Source: an uncultured Candidatus Saccharibacteria bacterium
GTDB lineage: Bacteria; Patescibacteriota; Minisyncoccia; Phycocordibacterales; UBA9973
Assembly: GCA_964426555.1 (NCBI GenBank)
Contig: CAYRQJ010000002.1
Span: 29,556 to 93,555, forward strand
Direction: 5' to 3'
DNA: 64,000 nt
The number at the start of each line of letters is the position of its first letter. Position 1 is the first letter of the stretch. Under the pieces are notes generated by a model, which made no database searches, was not told the DNA's origin, and was given only the letters and a program-made list of their open reading frames with translations. A program made the position numbers and the translations under genes. Shown here piece by piece: positions 31,386 through 40,329 of this stretch.

Positions 31386-31402
31386 TATGCTATATTTGCC
31401 CT

Positions 31403-31720
31403 ATGGAATTCGCAGTTATTAAAACAGGAGGTAAGCAATACCGTGTCTCAAAAGGGGACACTATTCGTATTGAAAAAATGAAAGACATTGCAGAAGTTGG
31501 CCAAAAGGTAACTTTTGACGAAGTTCTTTTAGTTGATAATGGAAAAGATACAACAATTGGTATGCCATTAATTGATGGGGCAAAAGTTGAAGCAGAAGTT
31601 TCAAAAATTGGCCGTGCTGATAAAGTAATGGTTGTGAAATATTTACAAAAATCTCGCTACCATAAAAAGAACGGTCACCGTCAACCATTTGTAGAAGTAA
31701 AAATTACTGCAATTAAATAA
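31403..31720 (+). CDS. rplU: 50S ribosomal protein L21
   Basis: MEFAVIKTGGKQYRVSKGDTIRIEK is the canonical L21 start. Confidence 0.9.
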   Translation: MEFAVIKTGGKQYRVSKGDTIRIEKMKDIAEVGQKVTFDEVLLVDNGKDTTIGMPLIDGAKVEAEVSKIGRADKVMVVKYLQKSRYHKKNGHRQPFVEVKITAIK

Positions 31721-31730
31721 TACTATTATA

Positions 31731-31759
31731 AAAAACCGCTATGCATAGCGGTTTTTTAT
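31731..31759 (+). terminator. Intrinsic terminator after rplU
   Basis: aaaaaccgctatgcatagcggtttttt. Confidence 0.65.
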
Positions 31760-31781
31760 GTGATATAATTGTAAACAGATT

Positions 31782-34088
31782 ATGCAAAATCCACACATGC
31801 CCGACATACCAATGAACCGTGATGTTACGTATTTTGCTCGTACTAATTTTCGTGGCGGAAATCAAATTTTTGGTATCAAAAGAAAAGACCGTCGTCAGCA
31901 TATGTATGTGTTGGGTAAATCTGGTACAGGTAAATCAGCTCTACTTTCAAATTTGATTATTCAAAATGTTTGGAATGGTGAAGGTGTATGTGTGGTAGAT
32001 CCACACGGAGAGCTTGTTGAGACTGTATTAAAAATGATTCCTGAACATCGACTAAATGATGTTGTATATTTTAACCCAGCAGATACAGAATACTGTATAG
32101 GATTTAACCCACTTGAACTACCTGATCCAAAATATAAACATTTAGTGGCATCTGGGCTAATGGGAATATTTACAAAAATTTGGGCAAATGTATGGTCGTC
32201 TCGTATGGAATACATTATGAACAATACTATCTTAGCATTGCTTGATACTCCAAATTCAACACTACTGGGAATCCCTAGAATGTTAGTGGACAAAGACTAC
32301 CGTCAAGTGATAATTGAGAACCTGAAAGACCCAATTGTTAAAGCTTTTTGGGTACACGAATACGAACAATGGAAAGAACAATTTCGTAACGAAGCTATTG
32401 CTCCTATTCAAAATAAAGTTGGACAATTTCTTTCGTCTTCCATAATTCGTAATATAGTTGGCCAACAAGAAAGTACAATCGACATCTTCAAAATGATGAA
32501 CGAAGGTAAAATTTTCTTAGTCAATGTATCCAAAGGTAGAATAGGTGAAGATAATTCCGCACTACTTGGTGCAATGATTATTACAAAACTTCAGCTTGCT
32601 GCGATGGAACGTGTTCGTATTCCAGAAGACGAAAGAAGAGATTTTTATTTATACGTAGATGAATTCCAAAACTTTGTTACTGATTCTTTTGCTAGTATTT
32701 TATCTGAAGCTAGAAAATACCGTTTGTGTCTTATACTAGCTCACCAATATACTGCCCAAATCGAAGGTGGTGATAATGATTTAAAAGATGCTGTTTTTGG
32801 GAACGTAGGATCAATGGTTATTTTTCGAATTGGATCAGAAGATGCAAAATTATTTGAAAAAGAATTTGCCCCAGAATTTATTCCAGAAGATTTTGTTGGG
32901 CTACCTAACTACCAAGTATTTTTAAAATTAATGATAGACGGGGTAACTAGTAGACCTTTTTCTGCAAATACTCTTCCACCAATTAGAACAAACATTAGTT
33001 TTGATAGTAGCGCCCGAGCAATAGCAGAGTCAAGAAATACTTATTGCCGACCACAAATCCAAGTTGAAAACAATATTAATGCATGGAGCTCGACTTCTGG
33101 TGGAACCACGGTAGAAGCTAAATCAAACCCAGTTACTGGCGGTAAAATGTACCCAGCTGTATGTGTAAATTGTAATAAAGACATAATGGTTCCTTTTGAA
33201 CCTAAAGACGGAAAACCAATTTATTGTAAAGAATGTTTAAATAAAATCAAAGTTGGCGAATTAAAGCCGAATAAAGGTTATTACGATAAAAATTCAAATT
33301 CTGGCCCTAAACCAGCAGAATCATTAGCTATGCTTGGTATTGAATATGATGATTCTATAATAAATTCCAACAATCGAAATAACAAATCAACAAATTTTGT
33401 CAGAACTGGGAATAGTAGTAGCATGGCAAACAACACAGAACCAACTAAGAAATCTTTTGCTCCTAAAAAAGAACCAGAAGATAGTTATAAAGAAAAATTA
33501 TTAAAAGAAGACCCCGTAAAAAAACAAGATGGCTTTGGGTCTTTGAAAGATTTATTAAATAAAGTAGCTCCAACAAATAAAATCCCTCAAGAAAAACCAG
33601 TTTCAAATAATACTCCTATACAAAATGACCCCAAAAAAATAACCCTGCATTCACATACTATTAAAAAAGAAAACAATTTTCCTGAAACTAACACAATACT
33701 AAAAACAAAAGCTGCTAGCTACGAATCTCAACAAATGTTAAAAAATTTAATTGAAACAACAAAACAAACAGTAAATAATTCACCAGTAGTTAGTACTCCA
33801 ATTCAAAAAACCGAGGAGAAAGAAATTGTGGCAACAAAAGAACCTGAAGCAAAAATTGAAAACAAAAAAATAGTAGAACCTGTAGTTGAAGTTACTGAAA
33901 GAAAAATTGAACATATTGTGGAAGATAAGCCAGAGAATGCTGCTGTACCTAAACCACCAGAATCATACAGTAAAAGAACACCAGCAAAAGAAGTTCCTGA
34001 AGATATTTTAAAGCAGGTTTTAAATGATGAAGAAAAACCAGCCAGTACAAATACTAATGTTAATAGTAACCCAAATATAGACCAATAG
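31782..34088 (+). CDS. Soluble VirD4/TraG (T4CP)-type P-loop ATPase paralog 1, with C-terminal zinc ribbon and long low-complexity tail
   Basis: FGIKRKDRRQHMYVLGKSGTGKS (Walker A), DPHGE, FYLYVDEFQNF (Walker B), EARKYRLCLILAHQY. No TM segments. CVNCNKDIMVPFEPKDGKPIYCKEC at nt 33163-33236, then a K/E/P/N-rich tail. Confidence 0.65.
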   Translation: MQNPHMPDIPMNRDVTYFARTNFRGGNQIFGIKRKDRRQHMYVLGKSGTGKSALLSNLIIQNVWNGEGVCVVDPHGELVETVLKMIPEHRLNDVVYFNPADTEYCIGFNPLELPDPKYKHLVASGLMGIFTKIWANVWSSRMEYIMNNTILALLDTPNSTLLGIPRMLVDKDYRQVIIENLKDPIVKAFWVHEYEQWKEQFRNEAIAPIQNKVGQFLSSSIIRNIVGQQESTIDIFKMMNEGKIFLVNVSKGRIGEDNSALLGAMIITKLQLAAMERVRIPEDERRDFYLYVDEFQNFVTDSFASILSEARKYRLCLILAHQYTAQIEGGDNDLKDAVFGNVGSMVIFRIGSEDAKLFEKEFAPEFIPEDFVGLPNYQVFLKLMIDGVTSRPFSANTLPPIRTNISFDSSARAIAESRNTYCRPQIQVENNINAWSSTSGGTTVEAKSNPVTGGKMYPAVCVNCNKDIMVPFEPKDGKPIYCKECLNKIKVGELKPNKGYYDKNSNSGPKPAESLAMLGIEYDDSIINSNNRNNKSTNFVRTGNSSSMANNTEPTKKSFAPKKEPEDSYKEKLLKEDPVKKQDGFGSLKDLLNKVAPTNKIPQEKPVSNNTPIQNDPKKITLHSHTIKKENNFPETNTILKTKAASYESQQMLKNLIETTKQTVNNSPVVSTPIQKTEEKEIVATKEPEAKIENKKIVEPVVEVTERKIEHIVEDKPENAAVPKPPESYSKRTPAKEVPEDILKQVLNDEEKPASTNTNVNSNPNIDQ

Positions 34089-34089
34089 T

Positions 34090-35226
34090 ATGAAAATTTT
34101 ATTAACCGGAGGCGGAACAGGTGGTCATTTTTATCCGCTTATTGCAATAGCAGAAAGAATAAATACTCTTTCAAGAGAAAAGAAGATTCTTGAAGTTGAT
34201 TTGTATTACATGAGTAATGGAAAATATGACGAAAAATCTTTGACTCAAAATAATATTAGTTTTGTATATGTACCTACAGGTAAATTGCGTTTGTATCCAT
34301 CTATAAAAAATGTTACTGATTCATTTAAAATAGTAACCGGTATTATAACTGCATGTTTTAAAATGTTTTTTATTTACCCAGATGTAGTAATTTCCAAAGG
34401 TGGGCATGGTGCGGTACCAGCATTATTTGCAGCTAGATTACTAAAAATTCCAATTATTATTCATGAATCAGATACTTATCCAGGCCGTACAAATGTATGG
34501 TCAGGAAAATTTGCAAAACTAATTACCTTGGCATATAAAGACAGTAACGAAATTTTTGATAAAAATAAAACTGCAGTTATTGGACTACCTATTCGAAATG
34601 AATTATTACATGTGCCAGCTCCAAGCGATGGAGCAAAATATTACGGGCTGGATGAACATATTCCAACTATTTTTGTATACGCAGGGTCACTGGGAGCTGA
34701 AAAAATTAATAATCTAATCTTAGAATCATTACCCGAATTATTAAAAAGTTATCAAATTATTCATCAGTGTGGTATTAAAAATGAAACAGAAGTAAGAAGT
34801 CGGACAAGTATAATACTGGAAGATCATCCTTATAAAAATCGCTATATTATAAAACCGTTTCTGGATGTAATAGACACCAGGCACGCTGCTGCAATTGCAT
34901 CTCTTGTAATTGCCCGCGGTAATTCAACTTTGTTTGAAGTAGCTGCTTGGAAAATACCAGCAATAGTAATACCTATTACTAAAAGTAACGGCAACCACCA
35001 GCACACTAATGCCGTAGCATTTGTCTCTATGGGAGCAGGAGTACTACTGGAAGAACAAAATGCATTGTCGCATTTATTTATTTCAAAAATTAATGAAATA
35101 TTACTACACCCTGATGTATGGCAAAAAATGCATAACTCTATGAAAGATTTTGGAGATATTGACGCAGCTGTTGAAATAGCTCGTGAAGCCATATTAATAG
35201 GCGAATCTCACGAAATAGACGATTAA
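34090..35226 (+). CDS. murG: MurG-type glycosyltransferase (GT28), UDP-GlcNAc:lipid I transferase
   Basis: MKILLTGGGTGGHFYPLIAIAE, GGHGAVP, IIIHESD, AGSLGAEKIN. Collinear with the MurG motifs GGTGGH, HEQN, GGSQGA. Confidence 0.75.
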   Translation: MKILLTGGGTGGHFYPLIAIAERINTLSREKKILEVDLYYMSNGKYDEKSLTQNNISFVYVPTGKLRLYPSIKNVTDSFKIVTGIITACFKMFFIYPDVVISKGGHGAVPALFAARLLKIPIIIHESDTYPGRTNVWSGKFAKLITLAYKDSNEIFDKNKTAVIGLPIRNELLHVPAPSDGAKYYGLDEHIPTIFVYAGSLGAEKINNLILESLPELLKSYQIIHQCGIKNETEVRSRTSIILEDHPYKNRYIIKPFLDVIDTRHAAAIASLVIARGNSTLFEVAAWKIPAIVIPITKSNGNHQHTNAVAFVSMGAGVLLEEQNALSHLFISKINEILLHPDVWQKMHNSMKDFGDIDAAVEIAREAILIGESHEIDD

Positions 35227-35234
35227 AAAAGATT

Positions 35235-36704
35235 ATGTCTTCATTAAAACCCAATAAAATTCAAATCATCAAATATAGTCCGCCGCCATCAGAACTGCCG
35301 GTTCTTGGTGATATGAATCCATCTGAAGTTTCTTTTATTGGGCGAACAAATTATGCTGCAGCGTTGGAAGAAAAAAGATATGTTTTTGGAATTAAACGAA
35401 TAGACCGAAGACGCCATTTATATATTGTTGGAAAATCTGGGGTTGGAAAATCTAAACTTCAAGAATTAATGATTCGTCAAGATATAGCATATGGTTACGG
35501 TGTATGTGTTATAGACCCGCACGGCGAATTAATTGAAGATATTTTAGAATTTGTACCTGAAGACAGAATCGATGATGTTTGTATTATTGACCCGTCTGAC
35601 GATCAATACCCAGTATCTTTTAATCCACTGGCAAATATTGATAGCGGATTTAAACACCAACTTACTCAAGGTCTTATTGAAGTATTAAAAAAACAATTTG
35701 GATCAAACTGGACACCAAGATTGGAACACGTGTTTCGTTTTACCGTATTGGCGCTACTAGACTACCCATACGCTACAATGCGTGGAATGATTAGTATGCT
35801 GACCGACCGTAACTACCGTCAAAAAGTGGTGGAATACATTGAAGACGACATGGTAAAACGTTTTTGGGCAATTGAATTTGCGGACTGGAGTGAAAAATTT
35901 GATACCGATGCGATTATTCCATTGGTTAATAAGCTGGGACAATTTTTGTCTGACCCAATGTTACGAAACATTTTTGGGCAAATTGAGAACAAAGTTGATT
36001 TAGAAAAATTAATGAATGACAAAAAAATTGTTTTTATTAATTTATCCAAAGGTAAAATTGGGGAAGAAAATTCGTCTTTCTTTGGAGCTATGTTTATTAC
36101 AAAAATTAAACAAGCTGGTATGAGCCGTGCAAAATTAGATAAAGCTGATAGACACGACTTTTATTTATATGTAGACGAGTTTCAAAACCTTGTGACTGAT
36201 ACTTTTGAAAACATTTTATCTGAAGCTCGTAAATATGGACTAAATCTTACTGTTGCTCACCAGTATGTAAACCAACTTTTACCTAAAGTTCAGCAAGCCG
36301 TAATGGGAAATGTTGGGTCAATGATTACGTTTCGTGTTGGTGGAGAAGACGCTGTAAAACTAAAGCCCGAATATGCTCCAATATTTGATGTAAAAGACAT
36401 GATTAATCTTGGGGTAGGGGAATTTTATATTAAAATGACAATAGACGGCGAAAGTTACGACCCATTCTCTGCAGAAACATTAAAAGTTTTACCTCCAACA
36501 CATCCGTCTTATAGAGACAGAATTGTACAAGCATCTCGCGAAAAATATTCTATGCCAGTAGACGAAGTTAAGAAGATTTACGAACAAGAAGAATCTATGA
36601 TTGTTCGTAGTGCGTCTGAAAAAGCCGCAGTTACTCGTAGTAATACTGGTGGTGAATCAAACGATGCTCCCGCAAAGATAGTTGAAAGCGAACCATTAAT
36701 TTAG
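35235..36704 (+). CDS. Soluble VirD4/TraG (T4CP)-type P-loop ATPase paralog 2
   Basis: FGIKRIDRRRHLYIVGKSGVGKS, DPHGE, FYLYVDEFQNL, EARKYGLNLTVAHQY. Paralog of 31782..34088 without the tail. Confidence 0.65.
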   Translation: MSSLKPNKIQIIKYSPPPSELPVLGDMNPSEVSFIGRTNYAAALEEKRYVFGIKRIDRRRHLYIVGKSGVGKSKLQELMIRQDIAYGYGVCVIDPHGELIEDILEFVPEDRIDDVCIIDPSDDQYPVSFNPLANIDSGFKHQLTQGLIEVLKKQFGSNWTPRLEHVFRFTVLALLDYPYATMRGMISMLTDRNYRQKVVEYIEDDMVKRFWAIEFADWSEKFDTDAIIPLVNKLGQFLSDPMLRNIFGQIENKVDLEKLMNDKKIVFINLSKGKIGEENSSFFGAMFITKIKQAGMSRAKLDKADRHDFYLYVDEFQNLVTDTFENILSEARKYGLNLTVAHQYVNQLLPKVQQAVMGNVGSMITFRVGGEDAVKLKPEYAPIFDVKDMINLGVGEFYIKMTIDGESYDPFSAETLKVLPPTHPSYRDRIVQASREKYSMPVDEVKKIYEQEESMIVRSASEKAAVTRSNTGGESNDAPAKIVESEPLI

Positions 36705-36743
36705 CTATTAAAATTTAGTTTATAAAAATACAGAATATACTTT

Positions 36744-38441
36744 ATGAATTCCGAAACCCGAAACTGCCAAAATTGTAAATCTGACTTTGTAATAGAGCCA
36801 GATGATTTTGATTTTTATAGCAAAATTGGCGTACCAGCACCAACATGGTGCCCGGAATGCAGAATGATCCGAAGATTTAATTTTCGTAATGAAAAAATGC
36901 TATTTCGTAGACCAGACGGTTTAACCGGTCAAGACATATTTTCTACGTTTTCTCCTGAATCAGAAGTAACTACTTATGAAAACAACTACTGGTTTGGATC
37001 AGAATGGGATCCAAATATTACAGGAAAAGATTACGATTTTAATAAAACTTTCTTTACACAATTTAAAGATCTTTTAAAAGTTGCTCCAATTCCAGCAAGA
37101 TCTGTATTTAAAATGGTAAATTCTGATTATTGTAATGAGGCTAGTGAATCAAAAAATTGTTATTTATGTTTTAATACAGACTTTATAGAAGATTCTGCTT
37201 ATTTAAGGAAAATTAGACAAGTAAAGAATTCATTTGATTTATATGAATGCGAGAACTGTGAACTTAGCTATGAAGGATTAGTTTTAGATAAATGCTATAG
37301 GACATTTTATTCTTTTGGTTTAGAAAATTGTGTAGATGTATGGTTTTCAAAAAATTTACGAGGATGTACTAATTGTTTTGGTTGCGTAAATTTAGTAAAT
37401 AAATCAAATTGTTATTTTAATGAGCAATTAACCAAGGAAGAATATAATAAAAAAATTAGTGAATTTAATTCTGGGTCATATTTTGAAATTGAACAAATAT
37501 TAAAAAAATCTAAGGAATTTTGGATGAAATTCCCAGTTAAATATAACTACAGTTTAAAGAACATAAATGCAACAGGGGATAGGATATTTAATTCTAAAGA
37601 TATCAAGGATTCATACTATATAAAGAATTCTCAAAATTTAACTTACTGCCAAGATGTTTGGAATAAAAGTTCAGACTGTTACGACTATTCAGTATGGGGG
37701 GACGGAGCACAAAATGTATATGAATCAATGACATGTGGGTTAGGAATTTCAAATATAAAATTTTGTTTTAATTGTTGGGAGAATGAACAAAATTTAGAAT
37801 ATTGTGGATACTGTATTGGTTCAAACGATTGTTTTGGATGTATTGGTTTATACAAAAAACAATATTGCATATTAAATAAACAATATACAAAAGAAGAATA
37901 CTTTGAATTACTTCCCAAAATAAAACAGCATATGATGAATATGCCGTATGTTGATTCAAGTAATAGAGTTTTTAAATATGGTGAATTTTTTCCTTATGAC
38001 ATATCACCTGTAGCTTATAACGAAAGCTTAGCTCAAGATTTTTTTCCACTTAATCCTAATAAAATAATAGAAAACGGTTATCAATATAGAGAGATAAAAA
38101 ATAGAGAATTTGAAAAAACTATTTTAGCTAAAGACATACCAGACAATATAAAGGATTTAAATGAAGATTTTATTAAAGAAATTATTGAATGCGAAAACTG
38201 TACAAAAGCATTTAGAATCATACCAATTGAATTTCAATTCTACAAAAATATAAATATCCCTATTCCTAGAAAATGTCAAGATTGCAGATTTACGGAAAGA
38301 TTTAAATTTGTTACAGTTCCAAAATTTTATAATAGAAATTGTATGAATAACGATTGTAATAATACTTTTATTACGCCATACGCTCCAGATAGGCCAGAAA
38401 TAGTGTACTGTGAAAAGTGTTACCAGCAAGAAATGATTTAA
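36744..38441 (+). CDS. Cysteine-rich protein, paralog 1, with N- and C-terminal zinc-ribbon motifs and internally duplicated Cys modules
   Basis: CQNCKSDFVIEPDDFDFYSKIGVPAPTWCPEC at the N-terminus and CENCTKAFRIIPIEFQFYKNINIPIPRKCQDC near the C-terminus. Many CxxC pairs. No signal peptide. Confidence 0.6.
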   Translation: MNSETRNCQNCKSDFVIEPDDFDFYSKIGVPAPTWCPECRMIRRFNFRNEKMLFRRPDGLTGQDIFSTFSPESEVTTYENNYWFGSEWDPNITGKDYDFNKTFFTQFKDLLKVAPIPARSVFKMVNSDYCNEASESKNCYLCFNTDFIEDSAYLRKIRQVKNSFDLYECENCELSYEGLVLDKCYRTFYSFGLENCVDVWFSKNLRGCTNCFGCVNLVNKSNCYFNEQLTKEEYNKKISEFNSGSYFEIEQILKKSKEFWMKFPVKYNYSLKNINATGDRIFNSKDIKDSYYIKNSQNLTYCQDVWNKSSDCYDYSVWGDGAQNVYESMTCGLGISNIKFCFNCWENEQNLEYCGYCIGSNDCFGCIGLYKKQYCILNKQYTKEEYFELLPKIKQHMMNMPYVDSSNRVFKYGEFFPYDISPVAYNESLAQDFFPLNPNKIIENGYQYREIKNREFEKTILAKDIPDNIKDLNEDFIKEIIECENCTKAFRIIPIEFQFYKNINIPIPRKCQDCRFTERFKFVTVPKFYNRNCMNNDCNNTFITPYAPDRPEIVYCEKCYQQEMI

Positions 38442-38447
38442 TTACTT

Positions 38448-38525
38448 TATGAATTCCGAAACCCGAAACTGCCAAAACCCCAAAGAAAATCATATTTCAT
38501 TGCTTTCTACGGGGCAAACTGTAAA
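38448..38525 (+). pseudogene. Duplicated 5' fragment of the Cys-rich gene (MNSETRNCQ...) ending in an early stop
   Basis: 33 nt at 38445-38477 are identical to 36741-36773, which holds the start of paralog 1. Reading frame decays after 9 codons. Confidence 0.5.
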
Positions 38526-38533
38526 ATAAATAT

Positions 38534-40270
38534 ATGGAGAATAGAGAATGTCAGAATTGTCATAATAATTTCACGATTGAGCCGGATGATTTTGGCTTTT
38601 ACGAAAAAATTGGTGTACCAGTACCAACCTTTTGCCGAATTTGCATGAATCAAAGAAGGCTTTCTTTTCGTAATACTCATTCGTTATACAAAAGAAAAGA
38701 TTCATTTACTGGTAAAGATATAATTACAATATATTCTCCAGACAAAGATTTAACTGTAATGGCACAAAAAGATTGGTGGGGTGACAGTTGGAACGCAATG
38801 GATTATGCACAAGATTATGATTTTTCAAAACCATTTTTTACACAGTGGGATAATTTGCGTAACAATGTTCCTATGCAAAGTTTGTCTAATTCCAAAGCAG
38901 TAAATAGTGACTACTGTAATGTTGCCGAAGAAAGCTACGACTGTTATCTTGTTTCTGCATCATGGCGATGTGAAAGATCAATGTATTGTGATGCAGTAAG
39001 CCAAATTAAAGATACTATGGACTGTCATGTAGTAAACAAGTCTGACTTTTGTTATGACGATGTATTATGCCAATCATCTTACAAGCTTTTCTACAGTCAG
39101 GACTGTCATGCTTGTACAGATTCATATTTCCTATACGACTGCAGTGGTTGTACTGATTGTTTTATGTCTTCAAACTTACGTAACAAAAGTTATTGTTTTA
39201 ATAACGTTCAATTAACTAAAGAAGCTTACAAAGAAAAAATGAGTCAAATAAATTTAGGAAGTTTTGAGACTGTGCAATACTTAAAATCCGAATTTGAAAA
39301 AATGCGTTTAAATTCGTTTCATCGATTTAGTAATACATTAAATTCTGTAAATGTTACAGGTAATAACATTGAGAACGCAAAAAATTGTTATTATGCTTTT
39401 GATGCTTTTGAAGGATTAGAAGATTCTAAATATGTATTTTGGGCTGGGTACAAAGGTAAGGAATTTTTCCATTCTGGTCCAGGAGTAGGGGAAGGTGAAT
39501 TAATGTATGAATGTACTGATTGTGGTATAGGTGGTAACCGTAATTTATTTGCTAACGTAACTTATGGTTGCCAAAATATTGAATACTGTATCAACTGTCA
39601 TAATTCTTCAAATTTGTTTGGTTGTATTGGTTTGCGCAGTAAACAATATTGTATTTTCAACAAACAATATACAAAAGAAGAATGGCTGGAATTAATTCCA
39701 AAAATAAAACAACATATGAATGATATGCCATATATAGACAAAGCTGGTGTTGTTTATAAATACGGGGAATTTTTTCCAATTGAATTATCACATTTTTGTT
39801 ATAACGAAACGGTGGCTATGGACTATTATCCACTTACAAAAGAAGAATGTTTAGCCCGGGGTTATAAATGGAAAGACCCTGAAATAAAAAACTACGTGCC
39901 AACAGTTAAATCTACTGATCTACCTGACGATATTGCAATGGTAGGAGACAACATACTAGGAGATATTATTGAATGTGCTCATAAAGGTGAATGTAGCGAT
40001 AGATGTTCCACTGCATTTAAAATTACTGAAAATGAATTAAATTTTTATAAAAGATTCAACATTCCATTACCAAGACTATGTAACGGTTGCAGACATTATG
40101 AAAGATTACATAAAAGAACTCCTATGGATTTATGGCACAGACAATGTATGTGTAATAAATCAAACCATAATCACAGTAGTCAATGTCCCGTAGAATTTGA
40201 AACCGCATACGCCCCAGACAGACCAGAAATAGTGTACTGTGAAAAATGCTATCAACAAGAAGTAATATAA
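38534..40270 (+). CDS. Cysteine-rich protein, paralog 2
   Basis: CQNCHNNFTIEPDDFGFYEKIGVPVPTFCRIC N-terminus; CSTAFKITENELNFYKRFNIPLPRLCNGC C-terminus. Same C-terminal YAPDRPEIVYCEKCYQQE as paralog 1. Confidence 0.6.
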   Translation: MENRECQNCHNNFTIEPDDFGFYEKIGVPVPTFCRICMNQRRLSFRNTHSLYKRKDSFTGKDIITIYSPDKDLTVMAQKDWWGDSWNAMDYAQDYDFSKPFFTQWDNLRNNVPMQSLSNSKAVNSDYCNVAEESYDCYLVSASWRCERSMYCDAVSQIKDTMDCHVVNKSDFCYDDVLCQSSYKLFYSQDCHACTDSYFLYDCSGCTDCFMSSNLRNKSYCFNNVQLTKEAYKEKMSQINLGSFETVQYLKSEFEKMRLNSFHRFSNTLNSVNVTGNNIENAKNCYYAFDAFEGLEDSKYVFWAGYKGKEFFHSGPGVGEGELMYECTDCGIGGNRNLFANVTYGCQNIEYCINCHNSSNLFGCIGLRSKQYCIFNKQYTKEEWLELIPKIKQHMNDMPYIDKAGVVYKYGEFFPIELSHFCYNETVAMDYYPLTKEECLARGYKWKDPEIKNYVPTVKSTDLPDDIAMVGDNILGDIIECAHKGECSDRCSTAFKITENELNFYKRFNIPLPRLCNGCRHYERLHKRTPMDLWHRQCMCNKSNHNHSSQCPVEFETAYAPDRPEIVYCEKCYQQEVI

Positions 40271-40279
40271 ATCAAAAGA

Positions 40280-40310
40280 AAAAAGCTACAAATACATGTA
40301 GCTTTTAAAA
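40280..40310. terminator. Intrinsic terminator (bidirectional)
   Basis: aaaagctacaaatacatgtagctttt. Confidence 0.6.
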
Positions 40311-40329
40311 AATAAGATTTAGAAATGTT

